Assembly: GCF_001194135.2 (NCBI RefSeq)
Contig: NC_068984.1
Span: forward strand, 86,768,708-86,817,231
Origin: Octopus bimaculoides
Taxonomy: Eukaryota
Direction of reading: 5' to 3'
DNA: 48,524 nt
Shown: positions 1-12,152 of the stretch, piece after piece
How positions within the stretch are numbered: position 1 is the stretch's first letter
Layout: each line of letters begins with the position of its first letter
Program-made: the position numbers and the translations under genes
The notes under the pieces: generated by a model
The model's input: the letters and a program-made list of their open reading frames with translations, nothing else
Told to the model about the DNA's origin: nothing
Database searches by the model: none

Positions 1-360
1 TTCATTACTGTACTCATTTCCAATCCTCACTTTACTGACAGCATCTCTGTACATGGCTCGCACAGCTCTCACTAACCATTCTTCTATCCCAAGTTTCCTC
101 ATTGACCACCAGATAAGAGATCGGGGGACCCTGTCAAAGGCTTTCTCCATGTCAACGAAGGCCAGGTACAGAGGTTTATCCTTGGCTAAATATTTCTCCT
201 GCAGCTGTCTCACTAGAAATATGGCATCAGTGGTGCTTTTACCTGGCACGAACCCAAACTGCATCTCATCTAAATTGATTCGCTCCCTAATTAGTTGGGC
301 TATGACCCTCTCCGTAACTTTCATAACCTGATCTAACAGCTTGATGCCTCTGTAATTTTT
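1..360 (-). mobile_element. RTE-clade non-LTR retrotransposon, reverse transcriptase fragment (5'-truncated, runs off the window edge)
   Basis: Uninterrupted minus frame NYRGIKLLDQVMKVTERVIAQLIRERINLDEMQFGFVPGKSTTDAIFLVRQLQEKYLAKDKPLYLAFVDMEKAFDRVPRSLIWWSMRKLGIEEWLVRAVRAMY; QFGF, STTDAIF and FVDxEKAFDRV are non-LTR RT motifs typical of the RTE clade. Confidence 0.92.
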
Positions 361-496
361 GAAGTTTGATAAACAGTAATTTCAATAAAAAGTCAGTTAA
401 TGAAATGTTTGATAAAAGTCATGCCATGATTTCAAAGCTATGCTGTACTACAGAATATAAATGTACATTTTTAGCCAACACCATGTATATAAGATA

Positions 497-650
497 TCAT
501 CATCATCATCATCGTTTAACGTCCGCTTTCCATGCTAGCATGGGTTGGACGATTTGACTGAGGACTGGTGAAACCGGATGGCAACACCAGGCTCCAGTCT
601 GATTTGGCAGAGTTTCTACAGCTGGATGCCCTTCCTAACGCCAACCACTC
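497..650 (-). mobile_element. SINE family A (microsatellite-tailed, RTE-type), partial
   Basis: (CAT)n + gtttaacgtccgctttccatgctagcatgggttgga...ggatgcccttcctaacgccaacc, repeated at 6640, 10240, 11803, 18897, 46797 and 47278. Confidence 0.85.
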
Positions 651-1389
651 ATATATATCCTTGTGGATATTTACATCTGTCTATGTATATATATAGTGTT
701 GGTTAAAAATCTGTAGATGTATTCTGTACAACACAGAAATGAAACACAGTAATAATTCATAAATCCAATTAACTACCAACAATGTGTTACATATCCACAT
801 TGGTCAATCCAATTTACTTAAATTTCAGTAACTGTGGGTCTATAAGCAGTGTGTCTATGGTCAGTTAAAAAGGATATTCAGTTATTCATGATACCCAGTA
901 TAAGATTAAAACTAATCTGGATGTGCCTCTTTTTTCTTCACTAAGATACAGTGTATAAAGGAAAGGTGTTTACACCTGCATCTATAAAATGTTAGCTAAA
1001 AAGTCTATAAAAGTATTGGGTAGTACAATATATCAATAAAAAAAATTTGGAACACAATTGCAATTTTTTTTTCTGTAGTTAAGCAAAGCTGAATAATATT
1101 CATCCTCTATTTAACATCACCTTAGTTGTGACAAATACCAAGATTAGCAGATTAATCTGCTTCATAAAAAATGAGATAATTTTAATTGGATTAAAGGGAA
1201 TAATTGCTGGATGTAATTCCTAATTCATGGACTATATTCGCTTCAATTTTTCCAGAAGCTTTAATTTGCAAAAAACAAACATGTTTCATTTTTCTAAATG
1301 CATTTATGTAATAGCTTTAGGAGCTACTGAATTTTGTCAAACAATCTTATTTTAGAATTCAGAATATATTTGGAATTATAATTTTAAAT

Positions 1390-1990
1390 CAGTGGATTTC
1401 AACCATGTTTTGTCTACAGACCCCTATGATTCCTATTTTACTCTACTGGACCTCCATAGCCATTTGATGTATAAATAAAAAAAATCCTACTGTATTTTTA
1501 TAATTAAATATCCTTAGGAATTGTATAAAAATTAAAAAATATTTTATGTATTGTAGCAGTTTTTTGTTGGCACTCTGTCGAGGGTTCCAGTTGATCTGAT
1601 CAACGGAACAGCCTGCTCGTGAAATTAACGTGCAAGTGGCTGAGCACTCCACAGACACATGTACCCTTAACATAGTTCTCGGGGATATTCAGCATGACAC
1701 AGTGTGACAAGGCTGACCCTTTGAATTACAAGCACAACAGAAACAGGAAGTAAGAGTGAGAGAAAGTTGTGGTGAAAGAGTACAGCAGGGTTCGCCACCA
1801 TCCCCTGCCGGAGCCTCGTGGAGCTTTAGGTGTTTTCACTCAATAAACACTCACAACGCCCGGTCTGGGAATCGAAACCGCGATTCTATGACTGCGAGTC
1901 CACTGCCCTAACCACTGTAGCAGTATAACCAGTTTATATTGTGGATAAATTTTAACAAAATCTTATATGGACCTCAGTTGAGAACCAGTG
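1390..1990. mobile_element. hAT-type MITE interrupted by a SINE
   Basis: Imperfect TIRs cagtggatttcaac / gttgagaaccagtg; perfect 8-bp TSD ttttaaat at 1382-1389 and 1991-1998; internal similarity to the MITE at 15419. Confidence 0.8.
1563..1915 (-). mobile_element. tRNA-derived SINE family C (tRNA-Arg-like head, OR-type)
   Basis: Minus-strand head agtggttagggcagtggactcgcagtcatagaatcgcggtttcgattccc with pol III A and B boxes; second copy at 13930-14292. Confidence 0.85.
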
Positions 1991-3079
1991 TTTTAAATTA
2001 ACCAAAATTTACTGAAAGCTTTAAGACAGATGATCTCTCTCTCTCTCTCTTGTGTCATGGCATATTTATGCCTTTGATGAATCATGACAGATGATGCCAA
2101 CATTTAAAGTTTTGATTCAACAAACAGCATAAAGACCAATTTTTCAAAAACTAAAAAAAAAAAAAATATCATTGTGTAAGTATGAATCTAGAGGTAAATA
2201 TTTAAAAAAAATATATTTTCCTGTGAATATTAATTTTCAATCATGCATATATTATTGATTTGCTGAAAGATTCTATAAACAAACTGACAGAACTCCTCTA
2301 CTGACAAATGGTTTCACAATCAAGATTTCCTTAAATATATATATATATATATATATATAATATACAATCGTCAATTTCCCTTTGAGTCTAATGCCATCTT
2401 GTTACCTTTGTTAAACAAATCAAAATGAATAAAAGTACATTTGATATACTATTACATTTTAAATGACAGGTATCCATCTGACAGCAAGCCATAAACAACA
2501 TGTGTCACTATGCCTGCAAAGGACTTTCTGCTAGATATAATGAAACCTGTAAAGGAAAGAGGGAAGTGATGGAGTGACCAGCAATCATATAGCAACCCTT
2601 CTAAATCCTGATGTTCCTGTCCATTGGATTTAGTATCAACAGAAAAGAGTATAAATAATAGGTAATGCTACCAGACAGTAGAAATTTATTAATTTGGATC
2701 AAAACAAAGCAGCTATATGAAATAGTGATGACCTAGTAAAGGAATAGACAGAACAGAATGAATCTAAAATAGGAAACTTGCTTTAACATATAATGTTCAA
2801 TCCGTGTTTTCAAACAGAATTACACTAATGAATGTTATTTCATTATCAAAAAAAAAATTTTTTCATGAAATGTTTTTCTAATATCACTTGTAATAAAATC
2901 ATAAATTTAAAAAAAAGAAATCCAAATACAATAAGAGTGAAATAATATCAATTATATTTGATAAAATGTCATTATTTCATGTTGAGAATAAAAAATATAT
3001 AAACATTTTGAAGAGTGTTGAAATATATAGAGCATATTGATAACAAAAGTGAAGTATGAAATATAATATACCAACATAC

Positions 3080-3204
3080 CCTTTAATTTTTGTTAACTTT
3101 TTCCCTCCCTTCTCCCCTGATACAGGAACTTCCCGTGAATCAGTGACCATCTGCTCATCAAGATCTTGTTGAGTACTTTTTAGAGATTTTTTAACATTTG
3201 CAAC
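3080..3204 (-). CDS. COPS7: COP9 signalosome subunit 7, coding exon 7
   Basis: tttcag|VANVKKSLKSTQQDLDEQMVTDSREVPVSGEKGGKKLTKIK+GG|gtatgt; 125 nt; resembles the CSN7 C-terminal VxNxKKTLK region. Confidence 0.9.
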
Positions 3205-3309
3205 CTGAAAATGAAGCAAAGACACTTAGCAAATGAAAACAAATACAGTTTTAAATATACAACTTCCATGCTGCATACTTAAAAATAAAAGTAAATTAAA
3301 AATTAGACT

Positions 3310-3560
3310 AAGCATAGGTTTACTGTGTGATTAAGAAGTTTGCTTCCCATCCAGAAGGCTTCAGGTTCAGTTCTACTGCATGGCAGCTTGGACAAGTGTC
3401 TTCTACTCAAGTCTTAAGCTGACCAAAGCCTTGTTAATAGAAACGTATGTCTGTGTCTCTTAGTCTTGATATTGTATGATATGTGTAAACAAGACTCACT
3501 GTCTCACAAACAGTATTGCTTGTTTCCCAACCTTTCATGCAAACATGTCTGATCATGGGG
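3310..3560 (+). mobile_element. tRNA-derived SINE family B, degraded
   Basis: ctgtgtgattaagaagtttgcttccc...ggttcagttctactgcatggcagcttggacaagtgtcttctac...gaccaaagccttg, shared with copies at 27290, 30670 and 41655. Confidence 0.7.
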
Positions 3561-3844
3561 AAAGATTATCTGGTCAATATAAAGATCCTCAACCGGGAAC
3601 AAAAAAAAATTAACCAGCCTGGGGGGGTGTTAACAAGTATGTGGAAAACGAATATGAAAAAAAAAAATGTGTACTGACGACCCTGAGGGTGGGGAAGGGA
3701 TTTTTGGAAAATTCACAAGATCCGATTTTTCCGTCATAACTTCTGGTAAAATGGATATATATTTATCTTACGGAATCCCACGTTTTTGGTTATGAAAGAT
3801 CTGATTCTGAAAATTTTTTTTCAAAAAATTGCATTTTCAAAATT

Positions 3845-4092
3845 TAAATGAGGTGCCATCATAAGAAGCATTGGTGTAGGTGCTGGTGTCATGTAAAAGG
3901 AACTGATGCTGGTACCTCATAAAAAGGCACTGGTGATGGTACCATGTAAAAAGTATCCAGTACACTGTATAATGGTTGGCATTAAGCCAAAATCGACAAT
4001 AGAACCTGATGCAGTTCCTGGCCTTGCCAGTTCCTGTCAAGCTATCCAACTCATGTCAACATGGATAACAGATGTTTGATGATGATGATGAT
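3845..4092 (+). mobile_element. SINE family A-related copy ending in (GAT)n
   Basis: ggtgctggtgtcatgtaaaa...gttggcattaag...ccaactcatgtcaacatggataacagatgtt(gat)n is the reverse complement of the family A pattern. Confidence 0.7.
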
Positions 4093-4510
4093 GAAAAAAT
4101 AAAAAGAGATTTTGCTACTTTGGTTATAAACCGATAGATAGGAGTAAATAGTTTGTAGAAAATGTAAATTCCATGTACAAAGCAGTTGATAATTTATATG
4201 TGACAGCTTATCAGAAGTGATATTCTTTGGCAGGAACATACTAATTTAAATGAAATAACTGCAATGAAGGGGATATAGTGATAAAAGTTGTAGTGTATTG
4301 CTTACTGAAAGGAAAATTGGGGGGGGGGGTCAAGGAGCACATACATAGTCAATACATTATACAGTAAATACAAAGGCCCTGCTAACTGAATTTTCATTTT
4401 GAGTGGGAAAAAGTTTTAGATATCTAACAATTATCTACTTAGTGAATTTGTGGGGAAAATATACATAAAATATGAATGCCTAAAATGTCAATAAATAGCT
4501 TCTCACTAAC

Positions 4511-4616
4511 TTCATTTTCAATTTGGAGTTTTGTCTTTAATTTCTTCTCCTTAAGTTTATTGGCTTTGACTATTTGTGTTTCAATTCCCTTCAGCACAGC
4601 ATCACAACTGTTACAC
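4511..4616 (-). CDS. COPS7: COP9 signalosome subunit 7, coding exon 6
   Basis: tttacag|G+CNSCDAVLKGIETQIVKANKLKEKKLKTKLQIENE|gttagt; 106 nt; matches the CSN7 WCxxCxAVLxGIExQ helix. Confidence 0.95.
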
Positions 4617-5339
4617 CTGTAAATAAAATAGAAGCACTCATAGAAAAATGATTTAAAAGTTAAATGATTACAGACTTAAGATTACAAATGGTGAGAAAGC
4701 TGAGAAGAAATACCTATGTAAAGATAATAATTGCATCCCTTTTGCGGAACAGAAGTTAATTCTAGTGTATGATCAATAATAAAGAAATCTTATGTGAATC
4801 AATAGAATTGTTATTGCAATTTAGATCAAAATAAAAATAATAGGAATCAATAACTTTTTAATAAACTACTTATTAATAATGTTTTATTTAAAATCTTCAG
4901 TTTTTTTAAAATCTTAGTAAAGATAGGTTTCAAAATTAAATTTCTATTTTATGAAAGTTTGCACTGAATACTAGCTCAAGTATAATGCTGAGATGTCTTA
5001 CCAAAATCAGCACTTTAATAAAGTCCTACAAGTCCTATACATACTAAACACATACAAAATAGTGATTTCCAGACACTTCAAAACACATGTCAACAATTTA
5101 TATTTTTCTCTGCTTCTATTATTGTGATTGCAAATCAGAAGACTATAACAATAATCTATGTTAAATAGCTGAACAGGTTCAATTTATGGTTATACAATTT
5201 CACAACAAACAGTAGTAATATTATTCTTTCTATCATGCACAAAAAAAGAAAACACTTGTTAATGTCTGAGCTGTATTTCTGCAGAGATAGAACAAACATA
5301 AGGCTTTATAAACAATATCTGATAAAAAAAGGAATAAGG

Positions 5340-5540
5340 TAGTGAGCTTGCAGAATCATTACTGCACCAGGAAAGTGGCATTTCTTCTGACATTCTGAGT
5401 TCAAATGCTGCAAGGATCAACTTTGCCTTTCATCCATTTGGAATTGATATAAGTACCAGCTGAACACTAGGATTGACCTAATCAACTAACCCCTTCCCCA
5501 AAATTGCTGGCTTTGTGTCAAAATTAGAAATCAATATAAG
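5340..5540 (+). mobile_element. SINE family D, degraded
   Basis: ttctgagttcaaat...ctttgcctttcatcc...aagtaccag core, as in the intact copy at 7248. Confidence 0.7.
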
Positions 5541-5689
5541 AATATAAAAATTGATATTGTAACATTATATATGTAAGTCAAATGCATACATCACTACAAC
5601 CAGCAATGAACTGGAAATAGGAAATATGTCTGACTATATGAGAGAGAGATATAAATTCAATGATTATCATACAGGCTAATGGCTGATTT

Positions 5690-6130
5690 GATTAGTTTTT
5701 TTTTATTGTCTTTGGTCACTAAGTGTTATTTCCGATTTGCTTCTATCTAGAAATCAAAGGACATGACAACTAATCCCTTCAAACTTTGCTTTTGTCACCT
5801 GTAATTTTCCATTATATTTCAGACAGATTCAGTGCTGAGTTACTGAAGAAGAAATACCATTATAGCAAATATTCTGCTCAATACCACAGATTTCCTTGTC
5901 AGTTGCTTGACCATAACCACTTGATCATGCCCCTTAGTGGCTGACAATATGTGCATCTCTGATCATGAGCAGGAGTAGTGGGGAGTATCATAGCCAAGCG
6001 TTAAGAGGGATTCTTTAGGGGTTTGAATAAATATCATAACAAAAGCAAAGTTTGAAGGAAATATTAGCCATTTTTTGTACTTTCTAGGGATAAGCAAATA
6101 GAAAATAACAGTTGAACCCAAGGACAAAAA
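5690..6130. mobile_element. Interspersed MITE-like repeat, copy 1
   Basis: Colinear with 25525-25975; internal inverted repeat ccttcaaactttgcttttgt / acaaaagcaaagtttgaagg. Confidence 0.75.
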
Positions 6131-6392
6131 TCATGTTACACATGTGTTGATAATTAAGTGGATCTTTGAACTAATGGTAAATGACAAAGTATTTCATCCT
6201 TCTTTTACTCTACGTATACAGGGTTTTATCTGAATCAAGCAATCACAAATATATGGGAACATTTCAAAATTAAATGGCTTTTCTATCTCAAACAAAAATT
6301 ATAACTGAATTGTATTTGAGTAATACATATTTTACTGTACACTGTTTGGTAATATGATGTTTACAAAATTAATATGATCGATAAAAGCATAC

Positions 6393-6535
6393 CATTCTTG
6401 TAAAACAGAAATAATTTCTGGAATAGCTTCTGAACGAATATCTCGCCCAATAGCATAATCTACTTCAAGTTGTTTATTTTTTTGATCTAACTTCCCTTTG
6501 ATGATGCCAGCATAAATAGCTTCAATAATTAAGTC
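6393..6535 (-). CDS. COPS7: COP9 signalosome subunit 7, coding exon 5 (PCI winged helix)
   Basis: tttcag|[47 protein letters not shown]+TG|gtatgc; 143 nt; hallmark CSN7 motif DLIIEAxYxxIIxGKLDQxNxxLEVDxxIGRDIR. Confidence 0.97.
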
Positions 6536-7247
6536 CTGAAATTAAAGAAATTCATTATTAAAAAATACTGAAGAAATTTTAAAGATTGATATGAATATGT
6601 AATACATGACAAAAATGAAAAACTGAATATTTTAAAATCATCATCATCACTATCCTCATCATTTAACATCCATGTTTCATGCTGGCATAGGTTGGGTGAT
6701 TTGACAGATTCCAAAGGGCCTAAGGACTGTATCATGCTCCAGTGTCTGCTTTGGCATGGTTTCTACAGCTAGATGCTCTTCCTAATGCCAACCCTTTTAC
6801 TTTTTTCATGCCACTTGCAAGACTACAAATCCTGAGGGAGAACTTTACACTAGGAACTGAGGGTTTAAAGTATGAGAGGAGAACTAGTGCAGAGCATGTT
6901 TCTTGCTGTAGAAAAGATACATGACTACACAAATTTTAGAAGAGAGGGAGGAAGTGAATGGGTAGAAAGGGATAAAAATAGTGGTGATGAGGTGTCAGGG
7001 TAGACACTCAAGGCACGAAGTGAGTAGAAGTGAGTGGGATAAAGAGACTGGGACTCTGGGTGGGGTAAAAGTTGCAAGAGAGTATGGGGGAGTGAGAGAT
7101 GGGGGAATGTGTAATGGTAGGGGAGGTAGGTGACCACTGTAAAAACTGGGAAGGTTTGAAGGGTGGATGTAGTGAATGACACATGAGTTAAGGGGATGGG
7201 GAGGAAGGAGATGACTGACATGCAGATCAGCAGAAAAGTAATGATAA

Positions 7248-7480
7248 GCGGCGAGCTGGCAGAAACGTTAGCGCGCTGGGGAAATGCTTAGCAGTATGTC
7301 GTCTGCTGTTACATTCTGAGTTCAAATTCCGCCGAGGTCAACTTTGCCTTTCATCCTTTTGGGGTTGATAAATTAAGTACCGGTTCGCGCACTGGGGTCG
7401 ATGTAATCGACTTAATCCCTTTGTCTGTCCTTGTTTGTCCCCTCTATGTTTAGCCCCTTGTGGGCAATAAAGAAATAAGA
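7248..7480 (+). mobile_element. SINE family D, intact copy with 16-bp target-site duplication
   Basis: gcggcgagctggcagaaacgttagc...ctttgcctttcatcctttt...aaagaaataag; agaaaagtaatgataa repeated at 7232-7247 and 7478-7493. The central domain resembles the Meta-SINE domain (inference). Confidence 0.9.
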
Positions 7481-8102
7481 AAAGTAATGATAATGCAGTA
7501 GACAGGAGAAGCTTGAGAGAGATGATATGTGGTTGTATAGGTTGCAGGAGAGATAGGGTGGAATGATTAATATAAGGTGTAGGTGGAGAGAACAGTATTA
7601 ATGTATGAAGAATGGATAAGTGAAAATAAACAGCATCAAAGAAGAGCTGGAGTTAGAGAGATCATGGGTATGGAGGTATCATAAAACTTTGCCTTACATT
7701 TATAAACTTTGAGTTCAATTTCAGGAGAGTTTCGCACAAGGGTGTCTCCTCTATCTTAATTATTGCCCAATCTTTAAAAGCTACTACCAAAAAAAAATTC
7801 AGGATTAGTTGTCCATGAGGACATTTTGATATAGACAAGCTAGTATCAATGTGGAGTTAACCAAGGAATTAGGAGAAAAAAACCCCCTAAAATATGGGAT
7901 AAACCCAATCTAAGTTACTTTTATAATGCAACAGAAATAATTATACAGTATAATGTTTAACAATGCAACAAAAAGATGATATTCATTATGCAAGAAATTT
8001 CATTAATTATGGAAGTCAGAGATAGAAAAAAAATACTTTTAAACTGGAAAATAAAATATCCATGAGCAGAGATGTAAAGAAACAAACTTATATTAATCTT
8101 AC

Positions 8103-8162
8103 CTCCAAGTCTCTTAAATTAGGAAGGTCTAATTCCTTAGATAACAGAGTATATGGAATGCA
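8103..8162 (-). CDS. COPS7: COP9 signalosome subunit 7, coding exon 4
   Basis: ttccag|CIPYTLLSKELDLPNLRDLE|gtaaga; 60 nt; matches the CSN7 CIPYxxLLxxLxxxNLRxLE motif. Confidence 0.96.
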
Positions 8163-8392
8163 CTGGAATATAATGAAAATCAGTTAAAATGTTTAACCCA
8201 TAAATATAAATTCATATATATTTTAATAGTTTTTTCTGCTGCCAATTATCTACAATTGCTGAAATAATATAGCCAAATGTAACCGGAAGTGATTGGGAGT
8301 ATTATAAAAATTACTAAGAAATTTAAATTTTAGCATATAGTGTTTGAAAAATGCATTTGTTTAAACCTTCAGCATTCAGATTACTCTGTCAA
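8150..8392. repeat. Local 243-bp duplication, copy A (copy B at 9712-9954)
   Basis: Ungapped alignment at offset 1562, about 10 mismatches by manual count; includes the exon 4 acceptor and 13 nt of exon 4. Confidence 0.95.
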
Positions 8393-8980
8393 ATGTAATG
8401 CTTATTTATTCACATTGCTTTGAATTAATCATCCATTATTTCATAGCTTCAAGATTTTGATGAAGTAATTGTTTATTTTAAGAATGATAATGTAGGGTGG
8501 GTGCAAGAGGCCAGATCTGGCTGGTTTGAAAGTAAAACTGGTAGAATATTTGGGTCAGATACGGCTAGTTTAAATGCTAAAGAATGAAACTACAAATTTT
8601 CTTGATTCTAAGATTAAAACAATTACACACAGGATTAGAGATACTTCATTGGAGGTTATATTTGTTGAATCAATTAAAAAAAAAATTGTCTGGATATTTA
8701 TTTGTTTAAAATAACCAGATTAAATATATGTAATTATTGAAAAGATTCACTTATGATGTTTTTAGCCTTTAGCATTTAACTTTCTGTTGAAGGTAATGCT
8801 TATTCATTCATATTGTTTTGAATTAATTGTGCATTATGTTGTAGCTTTGAAATTTTGAAGATGTGATAATCTATTTTTAGAATGACATTGCAGGGTAGGT
8901 GTGAGAGGCTGGATTTGGCCAGTTTCAACATAAAACATGGTAGAATATTTGGGCTGGATATGGCCAGTTTAAAGGCTGAA
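8365..8980. mobile_element. Two copies of an abundant MITE-like repeat (ttagcattcagattactctgtc family)
   Basis: About 220-bp unit at 8365-8585 and 8762-8980; further copies at 9925-10130, 19180-19420, 33930-34110 and 39555-39750. Confidence 0.75.
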
Positions 8981-9502
8981 GAGTTACAGCTCTAACACAG
9001 CACAGTTTGACATCAGACACTAACATTTCTCATAGACATCAAACTGAAAATGAATACTTCCTGAGAATTTTGACCAATTTATAATATTATAAGTAGCTAA
9101 GAACATAGAACATTATAATCATTTATAACTGATCATAAAAAGTTTCAAATAAATAGTCCATTAAGAATATTTCTGATCTTGAGCCAATGAGACACTCTCT
9201 ACATGGTACATGGTCATTCAGCCTACTAGAAATACTAAACAAATTGCCCTCAAATCACACCCTGCTATCTTCAAAAAGTACAGACACATTAATCAATGAT
9301 GGTCCTAGCTGGAATATGTTAGATCACAAGTATGCAGGACCAGGAATGACTTAGGTGAAACAACAAGATATTTTGGACTTTAAAGCAAGATAGATTACTC
9401 TCTTCGATTAACTCTAACATAAAATAGATTACTCCACTTATGATACACACATACTACACAATACTAAAATCTACAGGGAAAACTTGACAGACATTGACTT
9501 AC

Positions 9503-9591
9503 TTTCTGTTTAGTTGCTATAGATACCAGTGTAAGATGTCGTAATTTAAGCAATTGAAAATTTGTTATCTCTGGTAGTTTATCTTTTTGTT
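9503..9591 (-). CDS. COPS7: COP9 signalosome subunit 7, coding exon 3
   Basis: ttttttacag|AA+QKDKLPEITNFQLLKLRHLTLVSIATKQK|gtaagt; 89 nt; LPE...KLRHLTxVSxA motif; phases match both flanking exons. Confidence 0.96.
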
Positions 9592-9711
9592 CTGTAAAAA
9601 AAAAAAGAATTAACCAGTGGTAACAAGTAAAATAATTAATCCCTGTTATAACAAATCAGATGAGAAGTTTAGTAGCTGGCAAAAAAAAAATGCAATATTT
9701 TAAGGTTAAAA

Positions 9712-9954
9712 TATATGGAATGCACTGAAATATAATGAAAATCAGTTAAAACGTTTTACCCATAAATATAAATACATATATATTTTAATAGTTTTTCCTG
9801 CTGCCAATTATCTACATTTGCTGAAGTAATATAGCCAAATGTAACCAGAAGTGAATGGGAGTATTATAAAAATTACTAAGAAATTTAAATTTTAGCATAT
9901 AGTGCTTGAAAAATGCATTTGTTTAAACCTTCAGCATTCAGATTACTCTGTCAA
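9712..9954. repeat. Local 243-bp duplication, copy B (in intron 2)
   Basis: See 8150-8392; carries ttttcattatatttcag|TGCATTCCATATA, a copy of the exon 4 acceptor. Confidence 0.95.
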
Positions 9955-11802
9955 GTGAAATATAATACATTGCTTTGAATTAATTGTGCATTATCTTGTA
10001 ACTTCAATATTTTGATGATGTGATTGTTTATTTTTAGAATGACACTGAAGGGTATATGTGAGAGGCCAGATCTGGTCAGTTTAAACATATACTAGGTTGA
10101 ATATTTGAGCCAGATACAGGCAGTTTAAATGATATAGGGTGATATAGATAAGTAAAAACAGATGGATAAATGTATGCTTATCCCCAACCATTTGATTCAT
10201 TTACTGTTTTATGTCTCATCAAATTTGATTATAATGATATATCATCATCATCAACATTAAACATCTGTAATCCATGCTGGCATGGGTTGTACGGTTTGAC
10301 AGAAGCTAGCAAGGTCAAGAGCCACACTAGGTTCCATAGCCTGTTTTGGCATGGTTTCTACAGCTGAATGCTCCTCTACCTAATGCCAACCACTTTACTG
10401 AATGTACTGGGTGCATTTTACATGGCACTAGCATGCAGCACTGATTTCTCAATGCACCAAGTGTGCATCATCTCCATCTTGCTGTAAAATAAATATACTA
10501 TGTAAAATGCATAATTTTACTTTCTAATATTTCATGGATCAAAAACAAATACCAGTTTGGTGCCTTCAGTGAATACTGCCAAATGAAAGGAATTCAAAAG
10601 AACAATCATACTATGTTGTCCACTGCACACATTAACAAGAAACCTGTTCAGATCTTAGGCAGAGGAGTCCATTTGCAAAATATATTGCAGTCTTCATCCA
10701 ATGTTGGTACAACCAGCAATAAGCCTGCAACTTGTTCTGGAAGGTACAGAGTGAAAACAAAGGATGTGTGTCCCAGGACTCCAAAGTGAAATGTCACAAC
10801 CCTTATGGGTAAAGAGGAAGAATAAACAGAGGTGGTCAAATGCTACTGGCTAGACATAGTCAGTGACTCCTCTACAAGGTTCTGTTGCTCTGGTATCAAT
10901 TTTAATATTTCAAAACTCAAAATATCATTTGAAGGTAGCAAAGCTGGCAGATATGTTAAAGCACTGGAAAAAAATGCCTTGTGATATTTCTACTGATTCA
11001 TTATATTCTGAATTCAAATTCCACCAAGGTTAACTTTGCCATTCTGCTTTTTGAAGTCGATAAAATAACAGTTGCTAGTCTTGTGCAAAAATTTGAAACC
11101 AATATTTCAAAACTCAGAACAAATTAGTTTATTATTATCCATTTTATTGAGTTTTAGGTATTTATATAGTTTTTTACCAGCCACAAATTATGAAAAAGAA
11201 AACAAATTTTTTTCACTATTGTAAAAAGTGTCTCTAAGTGATCTCTTGAGTTGCTAAAAATAGCAGCTAAATTCTCTCCAACCACACTTCACTGGCTTTA
11301 AAAAAATGAAGGATACATTACATAATGTATTTCTAGATATACAAAAGTAAAATAGGATAGTCAGGCTAGAAACCTTTGATCATAGGTCTGCTCAAATAGA
11401 TTTCATCAGGGACTAAACAAGTTCAATTTAATATTCCTAAATGAAGGTTGACTTGTTTTCTTAAATGTCTAATGAAATCTTTAGAATATTAACAGTACAA
11501 TTAACTATTATTATCTCCAGGCTTATAGCAGTATATAATGTTGGAAGTGTCAACATTAATGAAATGTTTTAATTTACTAAACCACAGAAGAACGTAACAA
11601 AAACATAGCCAGTAATGGTTAGAAAAGCATTATTTTAAAGGAATATTGAATTGACATCTAATTAAAACAAGACAAAAAAACCAACTGCAAATTAAACTGA
11701 TTCTAATGTTGTGGTTATGAAATATGAAAAGAGATAAAGCACAAATAGATTTTAACAGATTTTGCTTTTACATACAGTTAAAAGCAGTTTTACAGATAGA
11801 TT

Positions 11803-12152
11803 ATCATCATCATTATCATCGTCGTTTAACGTCCGCTTTCCATGCTAGCATGGGTTGGATGATTTGACTGAGGACTGGTGGACCAGGAGGCAACACCAGG
11901 CTCCAATCTGATTTGGCAGAGTTTCTACAGCTGGATGCCCTTCCTAACGCCAACCACTCCGAGAGTGTAGTGGGCGCTTTTACATGCCGCCAGCATGAGG
12001 ACCAGTCAGGCGGTACTGGCAACGGCCATGCTCGAAATGGTGTATTTGACGTGCCTCCTGCACAGGAGCCAGTCCATCGGCACAAGTGCCAGGAAGGCGA
12101 CGTTGGTAATGATCACGCTGGTGCTATTTACATACCACCGGCATGGAAGCCA
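11803..12152 (-). mobile_element. SINE family A, long and well-preserved copy
   Basis: CpG-retaining copy of the family A sequence; accounts for ORFs 11816..12085 and 11913..12275. Confidence 0.88.

Noticed and set aside
1855-1915. tRNA-like sequence with A and B boxes
   Set aside because: It is the head of a SINE with no complete cloverleaf, so it is not called a tRNA gene.
10420-10482. Acceptor-like ttttacag in COPS7 intron 2
   Set aside because: It gives ARWR-stop in the required phase, and the true exon 3 is at 9503-9591.
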